Source: the human T2T-CHM13v2.0 reference genome, Homo sapiens
Strand: one strand, 5' to 3'
DNA: 64,000 bases
Assembly: GCF_009914755.1 (NCBI RefSeq)
Contig: NC_060925.1
A model generated the notes under the pieces. It worked only from the letters and a program-made list of their open reading frames with translations. It did no database searches and was not told where the DNA came from. Below are positions 1 to 64,000 of the stretch, piece by piece (the first letter of the stretch is position 1; each line of letters begins with the position of its first letter). The translations under genes were made by a program, and so were the position numbers.

Positions 1-2
1 AC

Positions 3-17758
<17,756 letters not shown>

Positions 17759-18086
17759 CTAAGACATAGTCAGTCCCTCCCTTCAAATGAGATCAGACTT
17801 ATTTTCTGCCCCTGCTACACTCCCATACATTTTAGACTAAGAAAACATTTTATTTGAAGTCATGGTCTACGAAGATTACACACAGGCAATTTAGTATCAT
17901 CTGTGTCCATCTTGTACTATGCCGTATCTCTTTCCATCCAGGAAAACAGAAAGGTCAATTCCTAAGAAATGAAACTGTAACATTTAGAAATACTAGGAAT
18001 AAGGCAGAACAATAGGTGTAAAACATCTAACAAAGTGAAATTAAAAGACAGTGATACAGGGGTTGTAAATGTCTTCATGACGCTTA

Positions 18087-18424
<338 letters not shown>

Positions 18425-19714
18425 TTATACAGGATGGCACAGCCTTAACTCAAACCCGGAAAAGCCAGACTGCAATTACTGTGCTCTTAACTACTTCACC
18501 TTACAACACACTGTGTGAAACTGGATAATGTTAATATGTAACTGAGAGCTTGCTTTTGGTGTACTTATTACAATAAATCAGGCTTCCCAGCCACTGACTG
18601 AACATTGTGGATTGGGCCTCAATTTGCTTACCCACAAAATGGAGAAAATAGAATCTTCCGTTTATTCAACCAATATTTATTAAGTACCCATCGTGTGCCA
18701 GGCACTATTTTAGGATAATGGAAGATTAAGTGAAAAAATGCAAAATGGTAAATCCACTTTCCCACTACCTTAATCCCTTGCATTTATTTGTAAGGTACAG
18801 TGGTTTTATTTATTAAGTATCATTTGATGAATACTATGGAACTAACATAATTCAAGCAAAATTTTGCATTCAATTTCGGCAGATTCACAAACCTCCTAAA
18901 GTCCACATATTGCCCTCCATTAAAGTTAAAAACTGTTGCAAAGGGACTTAAACCATTCTGTCATATTGGAAACTCCTTTGGCATTTCCAGCCCACCTAAC
19001 ACAGCAGAGACGAGGGTACTATTATTCATGTGTTACAGACAACTAGAATCGTATATAATCATTGCAGTTTCACAAATAGATCAGGATAAGAATGCCTTTT
19101 CCAACTGTCACAGCAGAAGACTCTTCAATTCCGGGGTTAGAAAAGAGAAGTAGGAAGGGGGCCACCAGACTTCTCTTCTGAAAAGAAGGTGAATGACAGA
19201 CAGCCCAGCAGTTAGGAGCTCATCTGAAAAAAAGATCTGGGTAGGAGCCCAGACTGCTTAGTCACGAAAAGCGACCTAAGACACGTCCCTCCCTGGGCGC
19301 AATTTACGTCCGTAAAATGGGGTAATAACCTCTGCTCCGCCTTCCCTGTAGTGGTTCCTACACTATAGCTCAAAGAACGAAACAAGTAGAGTGCTTTACA
19401 AATGCAGATGGAGGGAAAGTCATCACTGAGCATCAGGGTGCGGAGGGCAGGAATGCTCCTGCTTCTAGGCTGTTGGCTTCCGCCTTCCCCCCTGCAAACT
19501 CAGTTCCCTGCAGCGCGGGAAGCCTTTTAGGAATCGGAGTGTGGAACAGAGGAACGCTCTTAACAGTTCAGAACAGTGCCTGGCACTGAACAGGCGCTTG
19601 GTACATGTCAGCTAAAAGAATCAATGACTGAGTCTACAGAGAACGTCCTCAGTTTCAGAGGTTCCGATGCGCCCTCCCCCGAGTCCCTCGCAGCCCGCTG
19701 GACGCCACACTCAC

Positions 19715-19900
19715 CCGGCTCCAAAGCTTCCTCCGGCTAGCCGCAAGCCCTCCGTTTCCTACCGCCTCCACTTCGAGAGCTCCGGGGGATGCGGCACCTC
19801 TAACCTGCACCAGCAGGGCTCCTTCTACAACTACGGGCCGAAAGCCAGGACCAAAGCGTGTGTCTCACTAGAAATGAAAAGAAGGTGGAAGGAGAAAAGA
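19715..19900 (-). other. ORC1: ORC1 non-coding exon 1 (5' UTR; TSS approximate)
   Basis: Consensus donor CGG|gtgagt at 19715/19714 inside the CpG-rich region, just downstream (minus sense) of the E2F site. Confidence 0.75.
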
Positions 19901-19904
19901 AAAC

Positions 19905-19932
19905 TTCGCGCCAATCGGCGTGGCCCCGCCCC
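19905..19932. promoter_or_regulatory. Overlapping dyad E2F site (TTCGCGCCAA) with overlapping CCAAT, followed by a GC box (CCCCGCCCC)
   Basis: Motifs read directly; ORC1 is an established E2F target. Confidence 0.75.
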
Positions 19933-20000
19933 CAGACCGTCCCTTCGTTGCGACACCAACTAGCTCGCCCCGCCCACTCCGTACACCTAAGAGGGGCGCA

Positions 20001-20102
20001 TGACGTACATCCGCTAACATGCAGCCGCCATCATTGATTCGATAGGCGACGCGGGGAGCGGAAGCCCTTTACACTACGGTGTTTCCGGCTTCAAGATGGT
20101 CG
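20001..20102. promoter_or_regulatory. CRE-like TGACGT (20001), YY1-like CCGCCAT (~20025) and CAAGATGG (20092), two ETS/GABP sites CGGAAG (20059) and TTCCGG (20083)
   Basis: Motif matches typical of bidirectional housekeeping promoters; occupancy not shown. Confidence 0.55.
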
Positions 20103-20218
20103 CCTAAGCTGTTTAGTGAAACTTCTTCCACCTTTCTCCATTCCTCTAGGTGCTTTTTCTGAACCTGGATGTGAGGCATTAAAGGATCCGACGGAAATAG
20201 AATTGAAGGCATTCTAAA

Positions 20219-32158
<11,940 letters not shown>

Positions 32159-32628
32159 TGGACTCAGTTTGGTTTTAGTCCACATGGCCTCCTGTGGATA
32201 TAAGGATATCTGTATGTGGAAGGATTAAGATCTCCCCCAGGCAGCTATAAGAATATTTTAGTTTTTTTCTTATCAAGTTTCTCAACCTTTATTTTTAATG
32301 AAGGAGGTGCTGAGTTTTGTATCTTTTTAATCATAATCAACATCAGTTTTTGACCCAACTAACCTTGACTGTATTCAAACTTATGAGAGTATAAAGGATC
32401 TGGAGGTTGGGGATATGACTGACAAGGAAAGGCTGTGGCCACCTGATGACCCTTTCCCTTTTTATTAAACCGGACACACCTGTTTCCCATTTCGCTGTAG
32501 TTTAGTTTTTGGTTTGTTGTGGTTGGAACTGCTTTGAGAATCCTGGGATTTGTGCTGCTGCTGTTATTCAAAGATCAAAGGAGTAAAACATAGTTGCTCC
32601 TAACTTTTTTCCAGCAGCAGCAAGTGGT

Positions 32629-36279
<3,651 letters not shown>

Positions 36280-37081
36280 CATGTTAATTTCTACAAGGAA
36301 GAAATGAGTTGTTGGGAGTTAAAAGCTTTTTTATAAGCATACCAACACATTTTACGTATTGTTTGCTGGAACTACAGATTGATAACCACTTTTATGAAGG
36401 GCAATTTGGCAATATGTAGCAGGAACCTTAGGACTTTTGATCCTTTTACCCAGTAATCCCATTTAGGGGAATTTACCCTAATAGAATAATTACATGTACA
36501 CACAAATAGCTTTATCCCATCATCATTTTACACATTACATATATAATATGTATATATAAGAATAACTGGAAACAGCAAAAATGTCCATCTGTAGGGGATA
36601 TAAACAAATATACAGTACATATTTATATTTTTAATAACCCTAATGTCAAGGGAAAATACTAATCTCCATGTCATTAAACAGAACATTTCAAAACAATTTG
36701 GTCTTAAATGTGTGTGTTCTCCCTGTATAAGATTGATAATTTTCTACTTAACTGCTCTACAATGAATCTGAACTCATAATCTACTTTGCAGACTTAAAAT
36801 CTGAGTTTCTACTATATCAATTTTAAACTATATGTTTTTCAACAGAACAGTTTTGCCAATTATTGAACACTGGCAGTTACTGAAGGAGGGGCAAATGAGA
36901 TGCTGAAAACTAGTATCTATAACACTATCATATAAGTAAAACCTAGGCTGTTGGTTACTAGGTTGCCAGTTAATAGGTTTTGCCAAGTGGTATTTTATAC
37001 TGCCTTCCTTAAGGAAGAAAGGCTGAGGGGTTGGGGCATTCTGTTATTGGAAGTTGTTTTATTTTTAATGAATATTTCAAA

Positions 37082-37414
37082 TACAATCCTCCCCTTGGTA
37101 TCTGGTGGGGGGTTGGTTCCAGGACCTCCCGCAGATATACCAAAATCCAAGGATGCTCAGGTCCCTGATATAAAATAGTGTAGTCTTTGCATATAACCTA
37201 TGCACATCCTCCTTTATACTTTAAATCATTTCTAGATTACATATAATGCCTCATACAATGGAAATTCTGTGGGAAAAGTTGTTATACTGTATTGTTTAGG
37301 GAATAATAACAAACTGTACAAGTTCAGTACAGACACAGTTTTTTTTAATATCTGCAATCCGTGGTTGGTTGAATCCATAGATGCAAAACCCATGGATATG
37401 GAGGGCCTACTGTA
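37082..37414. mobile_element. MER2 (TcMar-Tigger)
   Basis: ggttggttccaggacctccc..ccaaaatccaaggatgctcaggtccctgatataaaat ... cccatggatatggagggcctactgta. Confidence 0.8.
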
Positions 37415-37976
37415 TGTACAAAAGTAAAGAGAATAATAAACACCCCTGTATACGTCATTACCTGTTCTCCAAGATGTGGAAGGACATGAAGTATTGAATG
37501 TTAATTTAAATCTTGAATGCTCCAAGTCATTTTAACATGAATGCATAGTTGGGTCAGGTATCTTGTTAATAAATGATTTAAGTCCACCACTTAATAGGAT
37601 TCTGAAAGATGCTGACGCTTTAATAAGAAAAAATAGTAAATATACCTAACTCAGGTTAGGTAAAAAAAATAGTAAATATATTTAACTCAGGGCTGTAAAT
37701 ACAGCATGAATACCCTCAACCTCCTGCAATAGGTTTCAAATATCTTCCATGTTGCAAAATATGGCAAGGGCCCAAGCAGTCTCCTATTTAAGTAATGTAT
37801 ATCAGAGGAAGCGCAGCAAAGATAACCCACTGTCCTTACATTTTTATCTACTTATTCTGCACCTTTCCAAATAGATATATAGCATCATTTAGCCTAAAAT
37901 CCCAGGCAACTGGACGGACTAATTAAGGGGTTAGAGAAAATTACCTCACCTCACTGCTAAAACAGCTAAAACATTA

Positions 37977-38409
<433 letters not shown>

Positions 38410-38762
38410 GTAATCTTCCCTCCACTCTAATTGCCAATATTAGTCTCAGTGTTTTAAAATTCTCTTTCCAAATACTTTTCAATTCAGACTCCAGCATTGT
38501 TTGCTTTTTGGAATTTACTGACTGCTTTGCATTTCAGTTTTTATTTTCAAAGATAAAATGGAAATGGCTTCCGCTTCTATCAACCTCATATGGGTGTTGT
38601 GAACATCCAACCAAATAAAGGATATGAAATGTTACTTGAATCTCTAAAACTAAAATCTGTGATTTAGAATGCTCTATTCACTGAAATTAAAAGAAATCTT
38701 GTTACGTAATATTTCCATCATCTATACAACAGATTAACCAAATTTAACTCTTGTCAAAAAGA

Positions 38763-38768
38763 TTTATT
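38763..38768 (-). terminator. TUT4: Probable TUT4 poly(A) signal (AATAAA on minus strand) ending a ~650-nt AU-rich 3' UTR
   Basis: tttatt on plus strand at the end of a repeat-free AU-rich stretch. Confidence 0.65.
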
Positions 38769-39402
38769 AACTTAAAATAGAAGTACTTCAAATACAGACA
38801 AAATCAACTTTCCATTCAAGTTTGAATGTTCAATATACAAGTATGGAAAAGAAAAAAAATCTGAATCTTCATGTTGTAATTTTATTTTATTTTTTTACCT
38901 TTTAAAAAGTTTTTGGCACTACAAGGTTCTGTAAAGAATAGAAGTGACAATTTAAAACACATGAAATTCTTTCCTAACTTTTAAGAACAATATATAAAGT
39001 CTGAAGCAACCAAAGTATGAATACAGCTAATAGAAAATAAAGAATGTAATTTTTTAAATTCTCTCTTTATACAATTCATCAAGGTTAAACAAAACATAAA
39101 ATTCCCTTAAAAATAGGGTAATAAAATAGATGAAATTTGTATCACTCAATTTGGTGATACTAGTAAAAACTATAGTTCATATTTATATACAAATAATACA
39201 GTCTGTAAAAACAGTCTTAGAATTTAAATAAGCTATCTAAACGTGTTAAAATTTTAAATCAGGACCTGATTTGTTTTGCTTTCCATTAAATGTCACTTTT
39301 TCTGCTGAATGTAACTGACATTGAGGTACGGATACCCTTGAGACAGCAGGATTGGCTGGTTGCTGTGCATCGGTAGACCAGCTGAAAGAAAATGGACTCG
39401 CA

Positions 39403-62137
<22,735 letters not shown>

Positions 62138-62637
62138 CTGCATAAAAAAATTAATTGTATTATTAGATTTCAAGTGATCCAACCCAAAGGTCCAAATACT
62201 CTAATACCATTTTAGAATTTACCTATAAGACATACTAAAATACTTCTTCCAAAAAGAACATGTCAGGATGATGGTATAATTTGATGCCAAGAAGTTAATG
62301 AATAAAACGTATCTGAAAGACCAAAGCTGGAAAAGGATGTCTTTTAAGAGCATTAAACTCCAAATGATACATTTGATGTTATCTACTTGACCTATCAAAA
62401 CATATCCAGTCCAAGAATAATGAAGCAAAACTTAAAAAAGAAACAGCAGTCATGATGAAACAGCAGTTTCATCAAAGGATCACAGATATAAAAATACAAA
62501 ATAGATAATACCCACTGATTGTGCACCCAAAGGAAGGCAACAGAACTGTTTTGGGACCTAGTACCTTTAATCATTTATCTATATCAGATAAGGCTAAAAA
62601 GCAATTGGACTATCATTTTGTAAAAATGGAAAATTAG

Positions 62638-64000
<1,363 letters not shown>

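Overview
Human (primate) genomic DNA, Alu-dense, recognisable as the ORC1 - PRPF38A - TUT4(ZCCHC11) locus (1p32, from recall). It holds the 5' two-thirds of ORC1 on the minus strand (non-coding exon 1 and coding exons 2-11, 585 codons, through the AAA+ Walker A motif). A shared CpG-rich bidirectional promoter sits at about 19.9-20.1 kb. PRPF38A is complete on the plus strand (10 coding exons, 312 aa), and the last 10 exons of TUT4 lie on the minus strand, convergent with PRPF38A. All exon boundaries were read by eye from GT/AG sites and checked for reading-frame continuity. Introns are filled with Alus (several nested), an Alu-interrupted L1PB, MER DNA-transposon fossils, MLT1/MLT2A solo LTRs and a U13 snoRNA retrocopy. 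Most ORFs in the supplied track are Alu/L1 or antisense artefacts. I see no evidence for a wholly new multi-gene system. The best second-look items are: a ~272-bp locally templated duplication captured inside a (TA)n-decayed Alu tail; an MLT2A solo LTR with a perfect DUX4 motif antisense to TUT4; tandem or cryptic splice acceptors in PRPF38A and TUT4 (one opens a 73-aa alternative TUT4 C-terminus); and micro-uORFs ahead of PRPF38A. Repeat subfamily names and edges are by-eye estimates.
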